Shown here: positions 20,306-29,839 of the stretch, one piece after another | How positions within the stretch are numbered: position 1 is the stretch's first letter | Layout: the number at the start of each line of letters is the position of its first letter | Source: Nitrososphaeraceae archaeon | GTDB taxonomy: Archaea; Thermoproteota; Nitrososphaeria; Nitrososphaerales; Nitrososphaeraceae | Length of the DNA stretch: 64,000 nt | Assembly (NCBI GenBank): GCA_044870765.1 | Contig: JBIOZG010000054.1 | Coordinates: 1 to 64,000 of the forward strand | Reading direction: 5' to 3' | Position numbers and translations under genes: made by a program | The notes under the pieces: model-generated | Told to the model about the DNA's origin: nothing | Seen by the model: the letters and a program-made list of their open reading frames with translations, nothing else | Database searches by the model: none

Positions 20306-20607
20306 CTTCAAACCTATCAATTGATTTTGTTGCCAAGCATGGTTCTTTGGTCACAGGAAAGGAAGGCAAATCACTATCAAACTAATATATTCGATAGAAG
20401 ACATCATACTTTGATGGTAATATTAAATATATCTGAAACATGGAATTATGGTCACAACACAACTTTCAGAGATTCGCATCTGGAAGATGACAATAGTGAA
20501 ATACTTCCCAATGGTAACGCTCCATACGTGATAAAAGGTAACGGTGACTGTATGATTATTGTACATGCAGATGCATTGGGGGTTTCCAAGAATTTTGGAG
20601 ATGGGCA

Positions 20608-21405
20608 TTGATGAAACATAAAATCGCGACACGTAAACAATGGCTTGCAGCGCGGCTCAAGCTGCTAGAGGCCGAAAAAGAGCTCACGCGGCGCAGCGAC
20701 GATGTTGCCCGGCAACGGCAAAAGCTTCCGTGGGTTAGAATCAACAAAGAGTATCGATTTGAGACCGACGAGGGCAACGCCTCTTTGGCAGACCTCTTCG
20801 GTGGGCGCTCACAGCTCCTCGTATATCACTTCATGTTCGGGCCAGACTATACGGCGGGGTGTCCGGCCTGCTCGGCCATCGCCGACGGCTTCGTCGGCTT
20901 GGTAGTCCACCTGGCCAACCACGACATTACACTTTCAGCTGTGTCACGAGCGCCTCTCATAAAACTGCAGGCATATAAACGCCGGATGGGATGGACGTTC
21001 CCTTGGGCATCGTCGCTTGGCAGCGACTTTAACTATGACTTTAATGTCTGGTTCAGTGAGGAGCAACAGCGCGAAGGAGGCATTGAATACAACTACCGGC
21101 GCGAGGGAGCGGCCCAAGAACCTCTCGCAGGGAAGACTGCTCGAAAGTGGCAGGCGCGAGATGACCAAGGTCCAGTCGCGGAGGTCGCGGCCATGACCGG
21201 AACCGACGTGGCTACGTATACCCGCGAGAGACCGGGCATGAGTGCGTTTGTGCTCGAGGACGGTGTTGTGTACCACACCTATTCCACCTATGCACGAGGA
21301 CTCGACGGGCTCTGGGGAATGTACCAATGGCTCGACCGCGCTCCCAAGGGACGCAACGAAACAGGATTCTGGTTTCGCCGCCATGACGAGTACGACAAGC
21401 GCTGA
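20608..21405 (+). CDS. DUF899 thioredoxin-like protein, GC-rich (probable bacterial origin)
   Basis: WLAAR..LL..EKELTR, LADLF.GRSQLLVYHFMFGP, GCPACS, VYHTYSTYARG, LDRAPKGRNE; about 60-67% GC in two 60-nt lines counted. Confidence 0.9.
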   Translation: MMKHKIATRKQWLAARLKLLEAEKELTRRSDDVARQRQKLPWVRINKEYRFETDEGNASLADLFGGRSQLLVYHFMFGPDYTAGCPACSAIADGFVGLVVHLANHDITLSAVSRAPLIKLQAYKRRMGWTFPWASSLGSDFNYDFNVWFSEEQQREGGIEYNYRREGAAQEPLAGKTARKWQARDDQGPVAEVAAMTGTDVATYTRERPGMSAFVLEDGVVYHTYSTYARGLDGLWGMYQWLDRAPKGRNETGFWFRRHDEYDKR

Positions 21406-21728
21406 GTGAAATCGTGGATCGTGGTAGCCCCTATTCTCCTTGGGGATACCAAAAGGATACCAAAAGATTGAACACCATTCTAATATTTTGCTGGTTATCA
21501 ACTTTACCAAAATCATTAGCAATTTGCCTGAAATTATTCTAGGCTATCGAAAGTGTGGGCTAAATTTTGAGTCAATTTGATTCACAAAGGACGAGCCTCA
21601 TGATACAAAAACCAAGGAGGTTACTAAAACCAAAAAGCTAAAAGATATAGCATGAATTAGCAGCCTACTACATGCAAGTTTCTAATCCCAATCTTCTGCT
21701 ATAGATGAGAAACTGGTCGAACTCTAAA

Positions 21729-21872
21729 TCATGACGTGCAACAAGTATCTTTACTTTCACATTTGCAATTTGCAGGTTCTTTTAGACATATCGAACAAAT
21801 TGTAGTGCCACATCCTACGCAGGTATTATCTGCTTTATTACAGGCCCAATGACTACATGTATTGCTGTTCAA
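21729..21872 (-). CDS. Metallothionein-like 47-aa peptide with 10 Cys (not in ORF track)
   Basis: TTG start: MNSNTCSHWACNKADNTCVGCGTTICSICLKEPANCKCESKDTCCTS; tttatat TATA ~27 bp upstream. Confidence 0.7.
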   Translation of the reverse strand: MNSNTCSHWACNKADNTCVGCGTTICSICLKEPANCKCESKDTCCTS

Positions 21873-22064
21873 TTATGCTTTTGTTATTCTTCCGTATGAT
21901 ATAAAATCCTTGAGCGATTTTTTGGATTTGTCGGTCACCAAAATCCATTTCTAAACCACATAGTGTCTATAACAAGGAATGAAAGCAGAGTGTACATCCC
22001 TTAACTGAAGTAATCGAAGATTAAATATCAGAAAATCCAAAATTATGATACGGCTTCGATTAAA

Positions 22065-22304
22065 ATGATACTGAACCACACCCAAAATCAAGAGTACGAT
22101 GAAAGAATATTCCTAATTTGCGATGAATGTCTTTGGAATGCAACTTGTCTGAATAAATCACGGGTGCCAAAAATCCTTGGAACTAATAATTTGTGCCCAG
22201 TCTGCAATCAGGACCAATTGTCCATTTTTCCACTAAAAGGGTGTGATACATTAAAAGTCACTAATTCAAATAATTATTTACATTTGGCTTTGACCGGTTT
22301 CTAA
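22065..22304 (+). CDS. Family A zinc-ribbon micro-protein (divergent tail)
   Basis: ERIFLICDECLWNATCL...CPVCNQDQLSIFP. Confidence 0.75.
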   Translation: MILNHTQNQEYDERIFLICDECLWNATCLNKSRVPKILGTNNLCPVCNQDQLSIFPLKGCDTLKVTNSNNYLHLALTGF

Positions 22305-22589
22305 CATTTGATACTAATTTAATTTCAACTTTTAGAACTTATCAGTATCTAGGGTATAGGACGGTCCTATACTTTCTGGATTCTGCGGGTCTTTCTCGCC
22401 ATTGCAATAGGATCATCAGATCCGAATGGATGTCCACCACCAACGCCGTGCCGTATTAGGGCAATCGCTTTATAGGTATCATTGTCCTTATATCGTGATT
22501 TAAAGAGCTCTGTAACTGATTGGAAAATGATTGGAAGTGGAATTGGAATTGGAATCTCTTTGTTAAAGCCATTAGCGGCGTGAGTACCA

Positions 22590-22844
22590 ATGACTAGAAT
22601 TATTTTCCATCGAGTTGGGCAAGAAGCCTATAGAAATACTCTCAATTTCAAAGATCTGCCAAAATCTTTTATCAACTTTAGTGCCAAGCTGTATTTTCAG
22701 TCAAGCACTGAAAGAACAAATATTGATAAGTTGGCAAAGTTATTCGAAGTTCTGGATGAACGTTGGAAAGAAGAAAATTACAAAAATACAACACAGCTTT
22801 TAAATGAGTTTGAAACTTGGGGGTTAACGGCCCCTAATTCATAG
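22590..22844 (+). CDS. Hypothetical protein or gene remnant
   Basis: ORF track; the frame continues upstream past a TGA. Confidence 0.35.
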   Translation: MTRIIFHRVGQEAYRNTLNFKDLPKSFINFSAKLYFQSSTERTNIDKLAKLFEVLDERWKEENYKNTTQLLNEFETWGLTAPNS

Positions 22845-22862
22845 AAAATTATTAAAAAGATA

Positions 22863-23084
22863 ATGCATAATAGGAGAACAAAAATGAAAGAATTTCGTCT
22901 TAAACTTAGTTCAAAGGATGAAGAGAACATCGACAGGTTGAAGGAAAAATACGGATTCAAAACTACAGAAGATCTGTTTAGATTCCTTGTAACTATATTT
23001 GCGCAGCACTATGTGGAGTTTTTATGGGGTGTAAATGAGGCTGAAAAAAATAGCAGGGATGATTTTGAGTTTTATAAAAAATAA
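22863..23084 (+). CDS. Ribbon-helix-helix/CopG-like small DNA-binding protein (putative)
   Basis: FRLKLS..DEENIDRLKEKYGFKTTEDLFRFLV strand-helix-helix pattern. Confidence 0.55.
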   Translation: MHNRRTKMKEFRLKLSSKDEENIDRLKEKYGFKTTEDLFRFLVTIFAQHYVEFLWGVNEAEKNSRDDFEFYKK

Positions 23085-23249
23085 AAATAAAATACCAAAA
23101 AGTAAATATCATGTGAAAAAAGCTGGAATTGGGCAAGCCGATAGTGTCATAGGTATCGAGGTCTGACCGAGAGGGACATGACAATATGTATTTCTTCACT
23201 AAATTCATTGGAGACAGAAATATAAAGATCCCAAATATATAATGGCTCT

Positions 23250-23867
23250 ATGCGTGTTATTTTTAAAGCCATCTCAATCCCGGCAATAGCAATTGTCTTT
23301 GCTATAACTTGCGTTCCATTTGTCGTCCATGCATCCAATTCTGTCATGGTAGATGTGGGCGGAAATGGTAGTTCATGGTCTTCTTTTACCCCTCAGAGTG
23401 TTGAAATCAAAGCAGGGGATAGCGTAACATGGCGTAATCCAATGACTGTTTCCGAACCACATACTGTTACGTTTCTAAAAGATCAAAGTTTCTATCCACC
23501 GCCTGCTGTGCCTATGCCTATTACATTTAATTCTACAGACCTAAAAGCAGACCCCGATGCGAACATTGATCCTCTTATAATAAATCAGAATGGAACAAAG
23601 TCTGTAATTGTTGATAATGCTCGACACTATAATCCAGTTTCAATAGATTCTTCTGGCAAAAACGCAACATATCTTCCTCTTAATGCAAATTATACATTAA
23701 CTGGGACTGAGAAATTTGTAAGTTCTGGATGGATGTGGCCTGATGGATTGGCACCGCTAGGAGCGCCACCGATTAAGTCTTTCTCAGTTACCTTTGAAAA
23801 TGCAGGAAAATATGATTACTTGTGTGTTGTACATCCCTGGATGACTGGAACTGTAATCGTTAATTGA
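23250..23867 (+). CDS. Secreted blue (type-1) copper cupredoxin
   Basis: Signal peptide; FTPQSVEIKAGDSVTW, EPHTVT, YLCVVHPWM ligands. Confidence 0.9.
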   Translation: MRVIFKAISIPAIAIVFAITCVPFVVHASNSVMVDVGGNGSSWSSFTPQSVEIKAGDSVTWRNPMTVSEPHTVTFLKDQSFYPPPAVPMPITFNSTDLKADPDANIDPLIINQNGTKSVIVDNARHYNPVSIDSSGKNATYLPLNANYTLTGTEKFVSSGWMWPDGLAPLGAPPIKSFSVTFENAGKYDYLCVVHPWMTGTVIVN

Positions 23868-23929
23868 GAAAATAATCCCACCAGCGAACGTATGTGGTCA
23901 CAGTAGGTCTGCGACAATCTTACCAACAA

Positions 23930-24015
23930 AGAAAAAAATAATTAGGCCGGTGGGATGAAGCGTAGTGATAAGAGAATCCCCACCGGCCATTTGTCTTAAA
24001 ATGTTTTCGGAAGTA
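23930..24015 (-). ncRNA. Candidate small hairpin RNA (CYGGTGGG-stem family) with own promoter
   Basis: Perfect 10-bp GC stem 23945-54/23979-88, followed on - strand by a T-run; promoter block 24014-24046 homologous to 54485-54517. Confidence 0.5.
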
Positions 24016-24111
24016 ATCAAACTAACTAATACAAGATATAAGAATTTGGCTTACCTTAGTTTACTTTCTCGAGATCATCGTAATTTTTAATAAGATGTCA
24101 ATCTAACGAAA

Positions 24112-24240
24112 GTGTCTTTGAGTCAGAATGACAGGTGCATATGTGGACATATAAGATCACGTCATGCTCGAAAGTCGCCCAAGAATAATCCTACTAAATG
24201 TAGTAAATGTGAGTGCCCGAAATTTAGAATTCATAATTAG
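24112..24240 (+). CDS. Cys/His micro-protein, family C (CxCGH..H...CxxCxCxxF; not in ORF track)
   Basis: GTG 24112 or TTG 24118: SQNDRCICGHIRSRHARKSPKNNPTKCSKCECPKFRIHN; paralog at 54802. Confidence 0.72.
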   Translation: MSLSQNDRCICGHIRSRHARKSPKNNPTKCSKCECPKFRIHN

Positions 24241-24426
24241 CGCATATCACAATAAAGTTTAAATCATCTTGCAACCTACGGAAACAAGAACTTGTTTTAT
24301 AATTAACACCGGTGGGCCATTTCTCGGGTGAGATGGACGGCTCCACCTGGCGCTCTACATTAATGTAGAGGTTTACCAATGCAAATAAACGATATAAAAA
24401 TCAATCTGATGGATGATATTAGTTTC

Positions 24427-24468
24427 AGAAAATTGTTACTAAATTATTTTTAGAAAATTGTTACTAAA
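24427..24468. repeat. 17-bp direct repeat agaaaattgttactaaa x2
   Basis: Copies at 24427-24443 and 24452-24468. Confidence 0.8.
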
Positions 24469-24778
24469 CTTTACTGACCACGAGTGCCATATGCCCTTCG
24501 ATAACTATTCATCCCCCAATCAAGTTTATCACCTTTTTTTAGTTTCCATCATCTCACAATACTCATCGACATCGTGGTTCGTAAAGCAGGAAATTCCGAT
24601 TATTTATTATGCATGTGCCAATATCACTAGCGATAATCGAGTTTATGCGCTATAGATGTATCAATTTGTTTTTGCGTGAGTATGTTTCAGGTTGCTATAT
24701 GTTTGAGTTTGATATTCTCAAAAATCTATTGAAAAAGGAGATCACTTGCAGAAAAAATAAATAATATGAAAGCAAACA

Positions 24779-25255
24779 TTGAATATGAGCCAAGTTAAAA
24801 TTCCAAGAGGTTATCATTCAATAACTCCTTATATCACAGTGAACGGCGGAGAAGCCGCAATAGAATTTTATAAAAACGCGTTTGGTGCCGAAGAACGCGG
24901 CCACATGAAAACTCCAGATGGTAAGACCGCACACGCTGAGTTAAAAATTGGTGATTCTGTCTTCATGTTATCTGATGAATTTCCAGAGATGAAAAATCTC
25001 TCACCAAAGTCGATTGGCGGGAGCCCTGTGTCATTGTATATGTATGTAGAGGATGTTGATGCGACGTTTGAAAAAGCAGTATCTGCTGGCGCAAAGGTTT
25101 TAGACCAGGTTACAGATCAGTTTTGGGGTGACCGTCATGGTCGACTGGAAGACCCCTTCGGCCACCAGTGGAATATAGCCACCCACATAAAAGACCTTTC
25201 AGAAGAAGAAATGAAAAAAGCGGCAGAAGAGGCATTCTCCAGAATGTCAAAATAA
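24779..25255 (+). CDS. VOC/glyoxalase PhnB-like protein
   Basis: GYHSITPY, AIEFYKNAFGAEE, HAELKIGDS, DQFWGDRHGRLEDPFGHQW. Confidence 0.92.
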   Translation: MNMSQVKIPRGYHSITPYITVNGGEAAIEFYKNAFGAEERGHMKTPDGKTAHAELKIGDSVFMLSDEFPEMKNLSPKSIGGSPVSLYMYVEDVDATFEKAVSAGAKVLDQVTDQFWGDRHGRLEDPFGHQWNIATHIKDLSEEEMKKAAEEAFSRMSK

Positions 25256-25302
25256 ACCTTCATCTGAAGTATGAAATTTTGAATATACATTAATCATAAT
25301 AA

Positions 25303-25557
25303 AAAGTATGGAAGATCATCTCAAATGTAGATGACGAAAAACAATACTGGTCTGCGTATAAGGATATAAAGAACATAAATAAGACAGGTAATATCGTTGA
25401 GAGAGAAGTAACAATTAGTGCCGGTCCCCAAAATAGTACAAGTCATCATTTAGTAACTATTTTTCCTGAACAGCTTAAAATCCAAGCAAACCTGACTGAG
25501 AGTATAATTACGGGCATTTATTTAATTGCAATATCCTACAAACACAATGTTGATTAA
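25303..25557 (+). pseudogene. Start-less fragment of a SRPBCC/polyketide-cyclase-like gene
   Basis: Manual frame KVWKIISNVDDEKQYWSAYKDIKNINKTGNIVEREVTISAGP..., preceded by TAA with no start codon. Confidence 0.55.
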
Positions 25558-25735
25558 CTAACTATAATCTTGCCGGTCAAATGGATGAATAGTACAAAAA
25601 TAGTCATATGTTCCCACAGAATGAAAGGTTTGCTGGAAACTCTTTCCTGCGGGCAGAAAACTGCGATTCTATTTAACTTTATCAATTTTTAGTACGAAAT
25701 GCTAGCTCTTAAAATACTTTTTTGAATTATGAATT

Positions 25736-26062
25736 GTGAATAGTTTGAGAGATAACTTCGTCAAGGTTGCCGAAACTAAGGATATTGGACCTTCAAGTAT
25801 GAAGGCAGTTGAGGTAGAAGGAGAAAAAGTCTGTATTATTAATGCGAATGGGAATTATTATGCTATAGGAAATGTCTGTACCCATGTTGGGGGTCCCTTA
25901 AATGAGGGCACCCTTGAAGGATATGAAGTTGAATGTCCCTGGCATGGTTCCAAATTTGACATTAGGACAGGTAACGCAACCAAACCCCCAGCAGTCCGAG
26001 CGGTTCCAAAATATGAAGTAAAAATAGATAGTAATGACATTCTAGTTAGAAAACAGAAATAA
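25736..26062 (+). CDS. Rieske [2Fe-2S] ferredoxin
   Basis: CTHVGGPL...ECPWHGSKFD. Confidence 0.93.
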   Translation: MNSLRDNFVKVAETKDIGPSSMKAVEVEGEKVCIINANGNYYAIGNVCTHVGGPLNEGTLEGYEVECPWHGSKFDIRTGNATKPPAVRAVPKYEVKIDSNDILVRKQK

Positions 26063-26372
26063 CACGCCGAGTCCGGAGTAAATAGTGGAAATCTCGGTCG
26101 GCATGTAGCCTGATCTTAGGGGAAATGTTTCTTTTGCAAGATTTGTTCCCGTTATTTGGTCATGACTTATCTTGTGGTAATTAACTGTAACGCTTTTCAC
26201 CCGATTCTATTACCCCACAATCCAAATGATCCAGAGTGCCCAAATGCTGAGTGTTCAAATGTGATTTGATTGTGTTCAAGTTTCATTTATGGTCGCAATT
26301 AAAAAATTCTAAATCAGTATCAGTGGAAGGGCATGGAAAAAATATTGATTTTACTGCGTAGTGGAATATTGG

Positions 26373-26735
26373 TTATTGATTTTTTGCGTAGGTCGTCATT
26401 CCTGTAAAGTCAATTGCCACGCATTTCTCATCTCCAACTACCCATGCATTGTGACCCGGGGGGATGATTCCAACATCACCAGGACCAAATTCTTCCTCTG
26501 TGCCATCGTCCATAACAACTTTCATTCTTCCAGAGACCACATATTGTGTGTGTGGTGCTTCACAACTATTTGTTTTCGCTATCGGCTTTACACATTTCTC
26601 CCAACTCCATCCAGGCTCGAACTCGGCTCTTCCTATCGTAACTTCACTAAAAGTTGCAATCTCCACTTTGCCCTTTTCAAATGTTCTTGTTTCATCTGCT
26701 GCAGTGTTAAGGTTTTTCTTAATTATCTTTGCCAT
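26373..26735 (-). CDS. Cupin-domain protein
   Basis: FEPGWSW, CEAPH..YVVSG, IPPGHNAWVVG. Confidence 0.9.
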   Translation of the reverse strand: MAKIIKKNLNTAADETRTFEKGKVEIATFSEVTIGRAEFEPGWSWEKCVKPIAKTNSCEAPHTQYVVSGRMKVVMDDGTEEEFGPGDVGIIPPGHNAWVVGDEKCVAIDFTGMTTYAKNQ

Positions 26736-26918
26736 TGAAATTCAAATCACAGATGATTTGATAATTATTAAACATTTATCAAATCCATAATAAGCAAAGG
26801 AGAATAACTGCAAATATTCAATAGCTAAGAACAAGTCTCTTACGTCTAGTATCATCTTGTAAAAATCCGTATTATTGTGAAAAAAACTATATTGAGTGAC
26901 AATATTAGATGAAATGAA

Positions 26919-27932
26919 ATGTCAAAGTACGAAAAAACATTGGATATAATATTTGGACGGTGGAGGAGCCAGGTACTTTATGTAGGTGTAAAGCTAGGTG
27001 TCTTTGATTGTGCAACATCGAATCCCAAAAATGCTTCTGACATTGCAAAGGAATTGAATCTTGATAATAAATTAGCTTACCGGCTCTTAAGGGCTCTTGG
27101 TTCTCTTGGGCTATTGAAGGAGGGTGTAAACCATGATTTTTCAATTACAGGAGAAGGAGAATTTCTTAAAAAAGACAATCCACAGTCATTGAGAGGAATA
27201 ACTTTGTTGGAAGAAGGTCATGAGCACTATGCACTTTGGAAGCATTTACATAATATGATTAAAGATGGGAAACAAAACGCTTTTCCACGTGAGTATGGGA
27301 AAAAACTATTTGAATTTACCGACAGTAATCCTCCATATAGAAAAGTTTTCGACGAGGCTATGAGTAGCTATTCAAGCATTCAAACTACATGGGTATCAGA
27401 AGCACTTGATCGCTATGATTTTTCAAATGTAAATTGTGTGTGTGATGTTGGCGGGGGACAAGGACATTTACTTTGTAGTTTACTTGTGAAATATCCTCAC
27501 CTTAATGGCATTGTATTGGAGCTAGAGTCAGCTATAAAGAACAAGGAATTATTATGGGCAGGAAAAATGGGTTTAGAAGATAGATGCAAGTACACAGCTG
27601 GAAATATGTTTAATGAGGTTCCAGCTGCGGATGCCTATATAATGAAAATGATTCTACATGATTGGTCCGATGACGAATGTGTTAAAATACTCTCCAATAT
27701 ATACAATGCGTCACCTAAGAAAGGAACAGTCCTCATTGCTGAACACTTGGTTCCGAGACCAGATATACCGCATTTTTCAAAGATTTTTGATATTCACATG
27801 ATGTGTGTGGCAACGGGAAGGGAACGAACAATTGACGAATACGCTCAATTGCTAAAAAGCGCCGGTTGGAAACATACCAATACATTTCATTCTCGCTCTG
27901 GATTAATGGGAGTAGTGGTGGGTAACAAGTGA
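26919..27932 (+). CDS. O-methyltransferase family 2 (dimerisation HTH + SAM domain)
   Basis: VCDVGGGQG, GNMF..VP.ADAYIMKMILHDWSD, GRERT. Confidence 0.92.
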   Translation: MSKYEKTLDIIFGRWRSQVLYVGVKLGVFDCATSNPKNASDIAKELNLDNKLAYRLLRALGSLGLLKEGVNHDFSITGEGEFLKKDNPQSLRGITLLEEGHEHYALWKHLHNMIKDGKQNAFPREYGKKLFEFTDSNPPYRKVFDEAMSSYSSIQTTWVSEALDRYDFSNVNCVCDVGGGQGHLLCSLLVKYPHLNGIVLELESAIKNKELLWAGKMGLEDRCKYTAGNMFNEVPAADAYIMKMILHDWSDDECVKILSNIYNASPKKGTVLIAEHLVPRPDIPHFSKIFDIHMMCVATGRERTIDEYAQLLKSAGWKHTNTFHSRSGLMGVVVGNK

Positions 27933-28076
27933 ATAATAATAATAATAGATCATCCAAAAACTTGACCTTTTAAATACTCACTGCAGCTAATCTAAGAATT
28001 ATCTTCTAAATTTGGGAGTGTGTTTGCCCGGATATCAACTTCTTGTAATGGATATATAAAACAGAGTAAATTTTTC

Positions 28077-28616
28077 CTACAATAGAGAAGCTTCGTGTAG
28101 GTCATCCAATAATGGAGTTAACGCAACAAGGATTTGCTTTTCTCCAAGTGTTATGTTTGAGTCGATTTCAAGAGCAATTGAAAGCATTTCCCTGTCCTCT
28201 CTTGAAGTAAATACCGCATTTCCAATTATCGCGAATTTTCTACTATTTCTCAGCAACCATTCCTTCCATAATTTGGTTCGTCCAAGATTTTGTTCCAGGG
28301 TGACAATGGTATAACGTAGGTCTATTCCTTCCTCTTTGTCAAGCAGATTCAATTTTATCATCGGAAAGAGAATATTCCCGCCTCTAACATTTTGATGTGT
28401 TTGGTTAAGTTTTTCAATAATTTCATCTTCGCTCTCATAAGTTTCTACTAACTCATAGTTTGGATAGAAGTAAGCAGCCAGATTTCTATTCCAATCATAA
28501 ATCTTGTAAATCGTATCTTCATATTCTAGCTTCCATCTAGATTTCTTGTTATTACTCCCAAACATCGAACTAATAGTAAGTTGAAAGAATATATCTAAAT
28601 TGGTTATCCTAATCAA
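28077..28616 (-). CDS. Hypothetical protein
   Basis: 179-aa ORF co-oriented with the upstream MBL gene. Confidence 0.55.
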   Translation of the reverse strand: MIRITNLDIFFQLTISSMFGSNNKKSRWKLEYEDTIYKIYDWNRNLAAYFYPNYELVETYESEDEIIEKLNQTHQNVRGGNILFPMIKLNLLDKEEGIDLRYTIVTLEQNLGRTKLWKEWLLRNSRKFAIIGNAVFTSREDREMLSIALEIDSNITLGEKQILVALTPLLDDLHEASLL

Positions 28617-28636
28617 AACTATAATATCAATTAGGA

Positions 28637-29602
28637 CTAGTCATTTCTGATACTAATTATCATCTTCTCACAATGTTCATCTGTCCAAACTCCGACACCT
28701 TGTAATTTGCCTGTCCATTTTCCATCAGTTCTATCCACGCAGACATCTGTCATCGCATTGAAATAGGCCTCCGTAACTGCAGCACTATTACTTTTATCAG
28801 CATTCTTGGTTGCTTCTGTAAAATTTACATTACTTATAGCATAGCCAGCGTTATTTTTCAGATCATCGACATATACTTTTTCTAACTGTACGTCTTCTCT
28901 AGTTCCAATGCCATGCCCCGACACGTACGTGTCAAAATCATAGCTTAGTGCCTTATCATAGGACTGAATGTAAGAAGGTACATGAGGTGTAGTTGCAAGG
29001 TGTTTCCAGGGTGTTCCTCCAGGAGAAAATTGATCTACCAACATCAATATCTTATGTTGGGGAGCATAAATGAAAATATTTCCGTTTTGATGGTATGGCC
29101 CACCATAAGCTAATTGCACAGTAGTGTTGCCAAGAGTTATTGTTGTTTCATTATCAAATATTTTTGTTGGTAACGGCCTGTCCGTATGATTACCCATTTT
29201 CAAGAAATTAGATGTATCTTTGTGTGCAATTACTTCTATTCCGGAAGGAAGCTCATGAGCGCCTCCGATGTGATCTCTATGGGAATGGCTGTAGATCAGA
29301 TATTTTATTGGCTCATTAGTAACTTCAGCAATTGCATCAACAATCTTGTGGCCTATATCCGGAGGAGAGTCAACCACAATGATACCATCTCCCGTTACTA
29401 AAAACATGCTATTGTAACCACTTGAGGTGACCACAAATGCGCCTCCCCCTACATCTATTAACTCATAACCTTTTTCGTTTGCAGATTGTGCATGAATGAT
29501 ATTCTGATTTGTCAAATCAATTAAAGAAACAAAAATTAAAAAAATACTGCCTGCAAATAATCCATTTTTACACACATTGATTATTTTTGACCTAGACTTC
29601 AT
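28637..29602 (-). CDS. Secreted metallo-beta-lactamase-fold protein
   Basis: Signal/TM segment; YSHSHRDHIGG, VSGHG. Confidence 0.88.
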   Translation of the reverse strand: MKSRSKIINVCKNGLFAGSIFLIFVSLIDLTNQNIIHAQSANEKGYELIDVGGGAFVVTSSGYNSMFLVTGDGIIVVDSPPDIGHKIVDAIAEVTNEPIKYLIYSHSHRDHIGGAHELPSGIEVIAHKDTSNFLKMGNHTDRPLPTKIFDNETTITLGNTTVQLAYGGPYHQNGNIFIYAPQHKILMLVDQFSPGGTPWKHLATTPHVPSYIQSYDKALSYDFDTYVSGHGIGTREDVQLEKVYVDDLKNNAGYAISNVNFTEATKNADKSNSAAVTEAYFNAMTDVCVDRTDGKWTGKLQGVGVWTDEHCEKMIISIRND

Positions 29603-29839
29603 ATTATTCTGTTTGAGTTTAAAGGATAATAAGGTTTGTGAGAAAAAGACGATTTTAATTAGAACAAGCTCTTAATAGAAGATTACGATAAATTAAAGAT
29701 AATTAAATGTAGTTGCACACTCTCTTTCTCTGAAATTGCCCAAGTAAAACTTGCTAATTGACATCATATTTTGCGTTTGGTGGACGTAATTTGGACATAA
29801 ATTGGATAAATCTTTTTAAAAGAAATTTTTGTAGTTTAA

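Noticed and set aside
20702-21522. Long alternative-frame ORFs over DUF899
   Set aside because: Shadow ORFs caused by high GC content
26119-26268. Cys-containing frame GKCFFCKIC...ECPNAEC
   Set aside because: No start codon ahead of the first Cys cluster and no paralog to support it
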